Assembly: GCA_051530055.1 (NCBI GenBank)
Contig: CM121342.1
Span: forward strand, 10,369,480-10,433,479
DNA length: 64,000 nucleotides
From: Neoechinorhynchus agilis
Lineage: Eukaryota; Animalia; Acanthocephala
Direction: 5' to 3'
Shown here: positions 49,745 through 60,567 of the stretch, piece by piece
Position numbering within the stretch: position 1 is the first letter of the stretch
Layout of the letters: every line of letters starts with the position of its first letter
Translations under genes and position numbers: made by a program
Notes under the pieces: model-generated
What the model saw: the letters and a program-made list of their open reading frames with translations, nothing else
What the model was told of the DNA's origin: nothing
Database searches by the model: none

Positions 49745-51300
49745 GTTATGTTCTATGCAACCGCGGATTTCCTCACACTGGCAGCATTCCCTCGTTGTAC
49801 TGCGAGGGAGATGTTTTGTTTGAGGAATGCTGTCGCACGCGGGTCCCTTTTCATCGCCATCGACTTCTTTGCCATATCTGAAACCAGCTGGCCCGAACGT
49901 TTCGATCCCGAAACGCACCAAATGGAAGCTCTCAGTCAGCTCAACGCATTTTGCCGCTTTCCGATGTTCCGCTGCACTCGCTACAGCGCTGGGGCCTTTA
50001 CCGGCTAAATCAGCGAAGGACTTGGCCATGGTGTCGGTGCAGGTTGCATCCCATAAGAGATACTTCCCTCGGCTTCAAGGGAAGACTGCTCGGCTCCAAG
50101 ATGTTTGGAATGTTGATGGAGGTCAGGGCACTACTCAGAATCGCGTTGATATCGGCAAGACTAGGCGACCATTCGGCTGCCCGAATGCATAATAGAGCAT
50201 GTAATCCTTTGGCTTCTAATTGCGAGCCGCAGCGACACTCGTGTGGGAAACAGATGGGGCACTCAATCTCAAAGAGAAAGCTATCCGGAATGTTTCGATG
50301 CCCAAAAGAGACCCCAACTTTTCGGCCGGGATGAGCAAAACCATGAGTCGCGAACGTGACCTCTCGTCCAGTTGGTCCAGAAATGATTTTTGAACCGACT
50401 GCTTTTGGCACTTCTGGGGTATTGTGGTTTGTCCTACTTTGGAGGTCTATGAGGAGAGGGCATTATTAAAATGTTCGTCGTTAGACTCCGGATAGATCTT
50501 AAGGGAGTTCTCTCGACTAGCCGAAATCGAAGAAAGAAAGGTCGGCAATGCGACGTCCTCCATGAGTCTGAGTCCTGAACTTCCGTAGTTGGAGGGTAAC
50601 GTCAGTTGTTTCCACGAAGAATGGTCGAAATCGATATTGACAATTTGGAAGAGCTTATTCCGGAGAAGATCATCCAGACTCGATAGATCATTCTTGCACG
50701 CGAAGGCGGGTGCAGATCTCGGCATGTGCGGCTTCGTGAGACTTTAGCTCCGAACATCTCTCACACAGCAAACTCAGCGCGGCAAAGATATTTGCTACGT
50801 CTCTCGGAACATTCTCCTTCAAAACGCATGAACCCAGGAGACTGAAGTCACAAATATTGATTCGTTTGATGCCCGGTGCGACATTTTTGAATTGCTAGTG
50901 TAACTGCGAGTTTCTGTTTCGTCTGTTCAACTCGAAGCCTATTTTGGAGCTGATCTCGATGATGCAGTTAAGATCAACCAGAACAGAGAGAGGGTCGCCT
51001 CCCAGGGTGCCGTCGTCCAGGTACCACGCGTTGAAGTTCGATTTTCGTTAACTTACCAATGGTTTGATTGCAATGAAGCCTTTCGGGCCGAGGGGGTCAC
51101 CAAGGCTTGAACGATTGCTTCGTCTCCACAAGGAGAGCAACAGCCGAGTTGCGCTGGGCGGAGTAGGCAGTCGAAGAAATCCTTTTCGAAACGATTTTGG
51201 CCACTAAACGCCTGAGTGTTGTGCCCAAGGAAAAATAAATTATCAGCCGTGAAAAAGGCAACACAGATAGATCCCGAAAAGTTACCGGCTGGCCAGACTT
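49745..51300 (-). mobile_element. Degenerate CRE-type (RLE) non-LTR retrotransposon including part of the RT
   Basis: GTTLRRLVAK, NAWYLDDGTLGG (RT catalytic motif), WKQLTLP, CRCGSQL..GLHALLC, GIETFGP and LAVQRGNAASV. Many frameshifts. Confidence 0.88.
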
Positions 51301-52000
51301 CATAAATAAAGTTTATTAGTATCTATGTGTGACCTTTTTCACGGCTGATAATTTTTCTTTTAGTAAACAGCACATTTCGTTCGAAACAACGAGAGTCACT
51401 TAGCCGTATCGGTTATAATATAAATATTCTTGATCAACGTCGGAAAATCGGTGAAATACCATCTCCGGCGTAGCATTAAGTAAATAAAGCAAAATAAAAA
51501 AGAGAGAACGCCCATAATCCGAAGCGTCAATTTTATCCGGATTGCTGTCCTACTCAACCACTGTTGCTAGAAGAGGATAAGAGACCTTGCAGCGAAAAAA
51601 AACAAAGGTGTTCAATGGGATACAGAGATCAAATAAGTGATTATTTTTAACAATAAAGCTAAAATTATGTAATTCTCTACCAATTCTGCTCATTTTTAAA
51701 CTACCTCCCCCGCGTGTTGTGAACTTTGATATATGTAGTCTAGCTTTAAAACTGGATACATCCGATTGGGTTTTCGGTTATCCGAAAAAATCTCGTATCC
51801 GAATGGTGTCCGGTCAGAATTAATTCGGAGTCCTATTGATGGGATAGCCAACTTAAATACAAAAGATACGTTATCATAGTTCACATTTCGAAAAAATGCA
51901 GAATTTGTGGGTGCAGGATGCCCAAAAACCCTTGCTACGCATGAAATCTCGACTTTGTTCATAAGCCAAACTCAATCGCGTGATCTGAGTAGTGTGTTTT

Positions 52001-55000
52001 CTACAGATCCGCCACCATATCTTTCCTTCCGGCTAAGATCAAGTTAACATAAGGTATTTCAATATCGTCGTCGTCTACAACATCCGTAGCGTATAGCTCA
52101 AGTACGAATGATTTGGCGCGATCGTTATACTCTGAGCCCTGAATTTCTTTTATGACATCTGAAACGAACATTCCAAGGCGCTTTTTCGTTTTCGCCTTGT
52201 CCAAGAAAAACGAGTAGATCATAGAAACGCCATGTGAAATCATCGATATCTTGATATTGTGATTGCGTTCAAAATACTCAATAAATTCCGCTAAAGTCAT
52301 GTCACCTTGGACATCAATTCTATCCCACAAAGTAAACGTCCTCTTATCACCAGCATTATTTGGTTTCATTTTCCGTTTGGGAGGTGGGAAAGGTTCGCAA
52401 AACGCAAAATGTGAAGTAGCTAAATTGATATAAGCGTTTCTATAGAGTTCTATCTTATCTTCCTTAAGATCATTGCGAGCCAATATTTTGAGTAACTCAA
52501 GGCAAACGAGCCCGACTATCATGGAAGTGGTCGTTGCGATTGCCGGTATAATCCGGCCGGCGATCAGTTTGCTCTGTATCTTATCAGCTGGTTCAATGTC
52601 GTAATTTTCAGCACGAAGGTTCGAACAACTCGTTATAAAGTCCATATGTAAATTGGAGTCACTGTCTTTCTCGAATTCTAATGGATACAATGCAACATTT
52701 GAATGACGCACTTCTTCGAAAACCGTGTCAACCATTTGTTCTATGTTGTCTACTTGAACTGATGGGGCTTGTTCAATTTCATTGTCTGTAACTGCAATCT
52801 TAACGCCAGACTGGGGCTTAAATTCATCTATTTCACACTTATCGGCCATATCTAAAATCGCTGACATGTCTCGGTTCTGTTCTAACCCGTAAACATCAGC
52901 AAATAAGTTAGCAGCACTCCACACAAACTGAGCATGAGTCTCGTTTGACCGGTCGTATGGAAACGAATGTGGACATCTTTTAGGTCCTGACCAAAATGGC
53001 ATCCCGGCGGATGTCACAGCATCAGCCGGAAAATTGTGCAGCAGCTGCTTTATTTGATTACAGAACAAATGTTCAAATTGTTGACGAGCCCATCGAACGC
53101 AATCATATATATCCTTCGGACGATCATTGACTAACGTGGCGCGAATTTGTTCTAATTCACTAACCACAACACCGCTGTTTCCCTTTAAAGATTTCTTTAA
53201 GTACGACGATTTGTCCTCAACAAATTCCATAGCAATTCGAACATTGTTTGTGAAGAGACCTTCAAACTGTTCACGAGCCCAATGAAGAGTGTGTTCAATT
53301 GTGTTTGGGAAATTCCGAAGAGTGCAAATCGGAAACGATTTCTCTGCTGGATCTTGAGATGTTGAATAACTTTCCGTTAAGAATGGTACAACAACTTGAG
53401 TACTGGCGGCTGTACCCAACGTACCAGATTCCAGGAGCGGTTTTCGATAGAACACACAACGGAGATCCATATAGACTCGACTAGCCACATTATCCAATGC
53501 GTTGCAGACCAAATCAAGGGATTGAAAAAACTCGTCGTCGTAAATCTGCTCAGAATCTTTACCTATTTTATGAATTCTCATATCTCAAAAGACCTCTGAG
53601 GCAAAATTTGCACAGATTAAATTAAGGACTTTATACGCTTAAAAAATAGAATAATTCGCAAGGACTAATAACTTTTTTAAAATTAGAAATCGATTCTATT
53701 AACCCAAAGAAATGAAAAGAGAATTCATACTAGACGCGGTTTTGATGGGCAATCAGATTCAATTTTGGATTCATGTACCGAACACTTTGGGCAGCCACAA
53801 TGCTCTTAAACTTACCGATATCTTCTGTTCGAAATAAGAACTGCCTGTTAAGATTTGACCGCTCAATGATATCCATATCGGTTATATAGGTAAGTCCATT
53901 CGACCCACTACTGACTCCCATCATTGCAAAGTTTTTCAAAAGTTCACAACCAAGTGCTCCAGCGCCAACAATAAAGATTTTGGCGTCCAATAGACGCATT
54001 TGTAATTCCTTTCCGATAACGTGAACTTGCCTTGAATATCGTCTATCAAGAGTCGCATCATCTTTTTCGTCTGCGCACACTTTTAGATGCTCAATAGCGT
54101 CAATTACTTCAAAATACTCAAAATATAAAAACTGTTTAATTGGCATGAACTTCCCGGTGCACGCCTTAATAACTTCTTGAGCAGCCACTCCTCCAATAAA
54201 AGAGACCATTGGGCACAAATCGCCAGCACAAGTGAACGCGAATCTTTTGATGAGTTTCTCGTTAATTTCTTCGATTAGTTTGAGTTCAAAATTTTTCTCT
54301 TCTACATATTTTAAGAAAATGTTGGCGTCTTCTTCATTGTAAGCAAAAGGTAATCGATCGAGGTTTTGTTTAAACATTTTCAATGCTTCATAGGCGAGAT
54401 GGAGGTGATGCGGATAGTCTATCTTGGCAAAATCATACTCTACACAAGTGGGTTTTGAGATCTCCGTTTCAAGATCTCGAAACGACAAGGTCACTGGTTG
54501 CTTTACATTTACAACCAAACCACCAGACTCGTATTCTTCGCCCAGATAAGTCAAGTCACCTATTGAAAAGCATGATGAACTTATTACTTCAACGATTTTA
54601 AACTCTTGATTGTTCAGTTTAGTAAGACCGCGAACTTCAGTAAACCGTACATGATCGCCGACGTCGTACCCATGTCGCTGTTCATCAAAAATATGAACAT
54701 GCCCATTAGTATGAATGGCATTTACAATGCATTGAACTGGAGGGAGTCCGTCAGAGTCGTATACAGTAAACGAAGGTCCAAGGTCAACGAAGATTCTACC
54801 AGACAGACCAAAGGTTTGAGCGCTTATAAATTTGACACCGTTTGCTCTACACATTTGTGCAATATCCAACTCGTGAGAAGTGAACTCTGTTAGAATGACC
54901 AAATCTTGCTGCCTTATTTGACACTTTTGTAGGAAAGTCGAACGGAACAAGGACCAATAATGAGCTAAACACTTCAAAATGTGTATTTCGAACACAAATG

Positions 55001-55809
55001 GAAAGAAAAGCGCCTTTAATGTTTGGCGATTTGAAAATCAAAAAAAAGTAAGAACAAATTGTTGGAGAAAAACACGCGGAATTGGTCAATCGAAGAGTAA
55101 AAAAAACACATAAGAAAATGAGATAATAAATTCAAAGAAAATTTTCATTTTAAGACGAAGATAGGTCGTGAACTTCAAATTAGTTTCAAATATAAATATT
55201 AGAAGGAAAAAACGGCACTTAAAAATCAAAAGTGTCTCTGCACAACATTTTCAGAGAGTTCATATAGGAAACTCGAAACTTTTACGTAAGGATTAAGTTC
55301 AGCCAGTTTATCCTTGCAGGCATTTACACGATTTTCACCGACGTCTTTTTCATTGAAATAAAAGTTCGAAGAAAGGTCTCTTTGGATATTGACAGTATCT
55401 TGATCATGCAACAGTAGACGACCAACTCCACCAAGAATGAGATTTTTGGCTACCTCGCAGCCGAGTCCTCCAAGACCACTGACGAGTACCCTTGCACCAA
55501 ATATGAGTTTAAGACCATCTTTACCCATCACATAAAGCATTCGTGAGTATAAACCTTCGTCAATGAGAACGTCATCCTCGTTTGTATTTGAGATTGGTTG
55601 TTGGTTGAAATTATCATTGCTTTGTGGACCACAGAGCGACATCTTTGATTGTTTAGGCAGCGAAGCCGGGGAGGAGGGACGATCCGATGGCTGATTGGAA
55701 GACGATGAGGACGTATATTTGCGCTTCTGTGATGTCAATCTTGTAGAGGCAGAGAGATTATGATCCCTAAGTGGTAAAAGCAGATTTTAGTGGGAGAAAA
55801 ACACGTCAT
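52001..55809 (-). CDS. UBA1: Ubiquitin-activating enzyme E1 (4 exons proposed; ATG probably at 55809 in a micro first exon)
   Basis: IDEGLYSRMLYVMG, GLGGLGCEVAKNLIL, VGAGALGCELLKN, DMDIIERSNLNRQFLFR, ESGTLGT, catalytic FPICTLRNFPN, FEKDSDSN..HMDFI, IAGRIIPAIATTT and the UFD domain. Confidence 0.98.
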
Positions 55810-56666
55810 TATAAACACAGAAAAACGCCGACGTAAAAGACGCTAAAACTAAAATATTCATGTAGACGGAAGAAACATTGAAAATTTTATGCGTCATCGT
55901 CGGTCAAAGAACGGTCCACAATGGATTATTAAACCAAAAAGTAGTAAAATGATTTAAAGAAATTTTTATACCCCTATAAAGGTATGTTCATAATAATTCA
56001 AAAAATTTGGAAATGCTTCTTTTGTAAAACGTGCATTAATAAAAAAAACCGAACTTGTTTTTTCAAAAGAAAAAACCCACCATGCCGACTACGTAAATGT
56101 TCGAATGCGAATCGTAAAGATATTGGGCGGAACTTTCTTTTTAAATTTTCTTTAAGAACACGGAAGACTTTCATGCATTTGCCTAATACGAAAAAAATAA
56201 TTGTGTTTTTGGTTGCATTAAAATTACGAGTAGAAGGTTCACTAATTTTGTTCGGTGTCCAATACATTTTTGAAAGAAATATTTCCTCAAAACAAAGTAG
56301 AATGCTGCTAACAACGTACCGAGATTTTACCATTTTGTCAAATAATTCCAATTTGGCAGTATGTAAAGTACAATCTTAAACACGAATTTACGCTCTGGAT
56401 TTACTCACTTTGATAGGACGTGTACCGACATAGATACACAGAGCGAATAATCATCTTCACAATGTCTTCCGTAAAACTCGTCGTTTTTGCCCTATTACGT
56501 CATCGGATCGATCGTTGTGTTCGTTTTCGAAACTAAAGATGGACAAATGTCGTTTATATATGTTTAATGCTGCACACCTTTTTTCTTTCGCTCGCTCGCA
56601 TAATAATCGGTTTTTTTGCAAAAGTTTTTAATCGGCCCTGGCCGCGTTCAATCTATCGACTAGGCA

Positions 56667-56674
56667 TGACGTCA
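56667..56674. promoter_or_regulatory. TGACGTCA upstream of UBA1
   Basis: Exact palindrome about 860 bp upstream of the proposed UBA1 start. Function is inferred. Confidence 0.3.
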
Positions 56675-57239
56675 ATCAGCACTACGAAAGAATCAGAATG
56701 TTTTGTTTCGTTTTCATCATCATGAACTAATAACGAGTGAATTTTACTCCGAGAGCACGGGATGTGTTCAAGCATTAAACTCGATTTTGAACACTTCTTT
56801 TTTAAATAACACTTCTAATCCTAAACTTCTCACACATATCGATCGACACATTTTAATTTCTGACGAGATTTTTCCTCAATAATCAATAACGCGAAAAGCA
56901 AGCGTTTGCTATTGCTCGGGTTTTTATTTGTAAGAGGGTTGTTGTAATGCCCGCTTGTTGAGTAATTTTGAAAATCAGCGCATTTCTGGGCTTTTCCATA
57001 ATGTCACGTGTTAAGACAATTCGTACTAATTGAACACTGAGCAATTTGAAAATCTTACATCAATGTAATGCGTCTTAGTGCAACTAATTTCTCACAATGC
57101 CCTTTACGTAGCATCAACTCTTGCTTGCGAATCACCCCGATGAAAAAACTTGGAGGATAATATTTATATCTTGATCAGATACCTCCACCATTGCTGCGGT
57201 GAAATGGCATATTCAATCCTCTAAATTCGGTAACACGTT

Positions 57240-57430
57240 TTATTTATTTTTGTTTGAGAAGAGGACCCATGTACCTCTGGTTCTCGTAGACGGATCCGGA
57301 AATTGGAGTGGATTATGTGGATGACAGATCCGGTGTGGATGACGGTTAACGACGAGAGGTCTTTGTAGTCGATCCATTATACCCAAATCGGGTTATTCTG
57401 TGATACTTAAAGTGGGGATTACCCGGTATG
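57240..57430 (-). mobile_element. 3' end of the CR1/L2-like LINE family
   Basis: The reverse complement reads gagaaccagaggtacatgggtcctc...aaataaaacgtgtta. Confidence 0.65.
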
Positions 57431-57699
57431 ATTGACAAAGATTGAGAAACTCGCTTGACATGGCGGTTCTTGTTATCTTTAGTGCAGCAGATTCCATACC
57501 CCTGCTCAATTATGGACCAGACTTCATTCTTGTTAGCACACGCAGCAACACGAGATTGTACGTTGAAATGAAAAAGATTATGAAAACATTACATATAGGA
57601 AACAGGCTAACCTGTCACGACGATTGATTTTAGCGATGAGTGGTTGTAATCGAATTAAGAATAAAAACCATCAAAGACAATCACCTTGTCCTTCCACAT

Positions 57700-58560
57700 T
57701 AAAGACGGTTTCCCTCCCGAAATAAGTTAAAAGTTATCATTTTATCCTTACACAAATATACCATAAATCGGCTCATCCACACAAATTTGCTACTCAAAGC
57801 TTGTTCCTATCAGTGTCAATCACTCATTGCAAGAAAAATCGATTCGCTCCCGGTCTTACCTCTTTTTGATAATCAGTCCTTTGATGTCGAAAACTTGTAT
57901 CGATTCCTCCCTTAATTTACTTTTCTAACACTCGAAGCCTCTTCCCACAACTGGATCCTTGTCCATAGTATTCTATTCTAACACATGAAACATGTTCTCT
58001 CAACTAGATGAAGCACCACTCATAAGCCGACGTTATCATCTTAACTGAAACATGGCTGAACCCCTTTTTCCGGATACTCTTCCTTCTATACGTAAGACGA
58101 AGACTGCCCATTAGGGCATGTATCAATTTTCGTACGGCAATCGCTACCATACTCTTCATCTCTCATATGATTGGCTGCAGTCCATTTCTCAGTTCCCCTA
58201 AGAAATGGTATTGGAGAATTTTACAATTGATGGCGTCTACTACCCTTCTACCTCTCGTCCCGAGTCCTCCTTACGTCAACCTGATTCCATGATGGAGCTC
58301 AGTTAAGTTAAAGATAAAATCCATGAGTATGTGAACGTGGGGAAAAAATATATATCCAAGATGATTTTATTGAAATATTTCGTCCATTCACACTGGACTC
58401 CTTCAGTCAATTATTGTTAAAGTGTTTTATTCGCACTTAAACGTCTCCGCGGAATCACACCATTCCCTCGGTACAGGGGACTTCAATAAACTACTTCCTC
58501 TCTCATCCTTCTTCCAATTGCGTCAACTAATTAAACTCCTAACACGTTTTAACTCGACAA
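57700..58560 (+). mobile_element. Degenerate LINE APE-endonuclease region, interrupted by a hairpin-family insertion (~58310-58470)
   Basis: DVIILTETWLNP, IDGVYYPS..RPESSL and GDFNKLLP, homologous to 48480-48660. Confidence 0.7.
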
Positions 58561-59420
58561 AGCATTATAATAATAACACGTTAATTTGTTAATGCACAAA
58601 GAATAGGACCATGTAGTTTTTGGTCTTCATAAACACTCGAGTTCTGATTTGTTAAATGAATGCAGTTGTTGATTTTCGAGCGGATTACGGGTCCGGCCGG
58701 ATGGGAATATACGGTCGGAGGAAGTCCGTTTATATAAACACGTTTTATTAATTTAAGAAAAGCACTTTCCATACACTTGCCATCACCTATCTTTGCTGAA
58801 GGTGTCTGGATGTCGGATGTTGAAGGCAAAGGAGGTGGGACTTGTCTTTGAAGGAGTTTTAATGTGCGATCGGAGGCTTTGTACAGGAGATGATGGATTG
58901 GAAATCTTTCATTGTTCTCCGGTTGTTAAGGAAAGATTGGGCTTGGGGGAGGAGGGATTTTTGGTAGAGGGTAGTACGAGCGAGGGGGATGAAAAAGGTT
59001 GGGGTTCCGGGTGTTTACGAGGGAAGGGTATTTAGAGATGAGGGAAGAAAATCGTGGAGGGTTTTTTTGGAGAAAATGGAGTGGAAGTGGGTGCCGACGG
59101 GAGGGAGTGAAGTCCCGCATATTCTCGCTGCTCTCTTGTGGAAGGTTTCGAGGGAATGGAGAGCATTGGCGGAAAGAGCGAGGAAAGTGGGGAAAACGTA
59201 TGTAAGGATAGGGAGCATCCCATTTAAGGTTTTCTTGTTGGCGGTTATTGTTTGCAGGAGCGCTTGTGAGGTTGGGTCGTTCCTTAGGTTCGCCAGTATG
59301 GGAAAAGGAGCGGAGGTAGAGGGAGGATGAAATGAATTGGGATTGAGAGTGGTGTGCTCATGTTAAAAGAGGAATAAAATGTGATAAAAATGATGTTGGT
59401 GGTGGAGTTAAAAGGCGTTA
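58560..59420 (-). mobile_element. 3' part of the CR1/L2-like LINE family
   Basis: PILTYVFPTF..LETFHKRAARIC post-RT region. The 3' UTR matches 37810-38180 and 49020-49100. Confidence 0.8.
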
Positions 59421-59439
59421 TGATTCTTGTCACGCACGC

Positions 59440-60419
59440 ATTTTTCTCTCTCACTCGAGAGGTTGGGGTTCCCTGGACAACCAATTTGTCCTGTTTGATG
59501 CAATCCACCCATCGTTTCCTCAGCCTTCCTCGTCCGCGATTTCCCGTTTTTCCAGTTTCTCCGTGCTGCACAGTATGTGATCTGCTTTGCACTTCGAAAA
59601 TTTATCGTGCCAGCGCAAACTTCTTTGAACGATCAACTCTGAACAGCGGCAAGTGCCAATCAGCTCCCTGATGTCCACATTTCTTTTCTTGTCCTTGAGA
59701 GAAAACTTGCTGCCTATCTCAGCATCCTCATCTCGTTCGTTTCTAATCTTCTGAGGTCGTCTTGCTTAGTCGTCCAAGTTTCTGTGCAATATAACATGGC
59801 TGGTCGCACCACGGTCTCGAACACCAGCCCCTTTAGTTTCTGTGAGATACTTCTGTCGCGTAGTACGCTAGACATCTTACTCTAGTTGAGCCACCCGCTT
59901 TGTATACGAGCAGTTATTTCGGGTTCGAGAGAATTTGTCATATTTACTTAGCTGCCTAGATATTTCACTGTTCTTCTCATCGTCAAATCGATAACTTCTA
60001 ACTTTAGCGCTTCCGGTCCCATGCATATAGTGTTAAACCTGTTTACCTTAAGACCGTTGGCTTCCAATGCCTCACGCCAGACTTCGCTGAGCCCCATCGC
60101 GTGTTTCAAGTGTCACAATAAAGTCATCAGCGAACAATAGTGTTCATGGAGGCTCTCGGGCGATTTGCTTAGAACCCAACCCATCCATGATCATGACGAA
60201 TAGGAACGGGCTGACGGCTGATTCCTGATGCAATCCAACTGTGACCTCAAAATAGTTTGTCTCTCCCACAATGCATTTGACACAAGTGCAGGATCCCTCG
60301 TACATGATCTGGACTGCTCTTATGTATTCCTCGGGACAGTTCTTTCTGAGGCAGGTCCATATTAAGTCTCTCGGCACTGTATCATAGGATTTCTCGAGGT
60401 CCACGAATGCACTGTATAG
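59440..60419 (-). mobile_element. Degenerate RTE LINE, truncated by the LTR element
   Basis: AFVDLEKSYDTVPRDLIW, GLHQESAVSPFLF, LFADD and VVRPAMLY motifs. Confidence 0.88.
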
Positions 60420-60567
60420 TGTTATAGATCGATACTGTGTATGGATCGATGCGCACGCACGTCATAACATATCAACGAGTGTGTGGTTGAGTGTTGTGAC
60501 ATAAAAAATAAAAGTCTGTTGTTATCAAAGGGGAACCAACCATCACATCTGGCGACGAGGGTGGAAT
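60420..60567 (+). promoter_or_regulatory. Short 5' LTR (~128 bp, TG...CA) and tRNA-Ser primer-binding site
   Basis: TGTTATAG start, AATAAA at ~60508 and end ...catcaCA at 60547. Then TGGCGACGAGGGTGGAAT, complementary to the usual tRNA-Ser(GCU) 3' end. Confidence 0.75.

Noticed and set aside
51696-51962. 88-aa ORF starting 39 bp after the UBA1 stop
   Set aside because: No family similarity, it contains tatccg hairpin-like repeats, and it probably lies in the 3' UTR.
55984-56379. Two overlapping antiparallel ORFs (131 and 117 aa)
   Set aside because: Lys/Phe-rich, A/T-run-driven low-complexity frames in the UBA1 upstream region.
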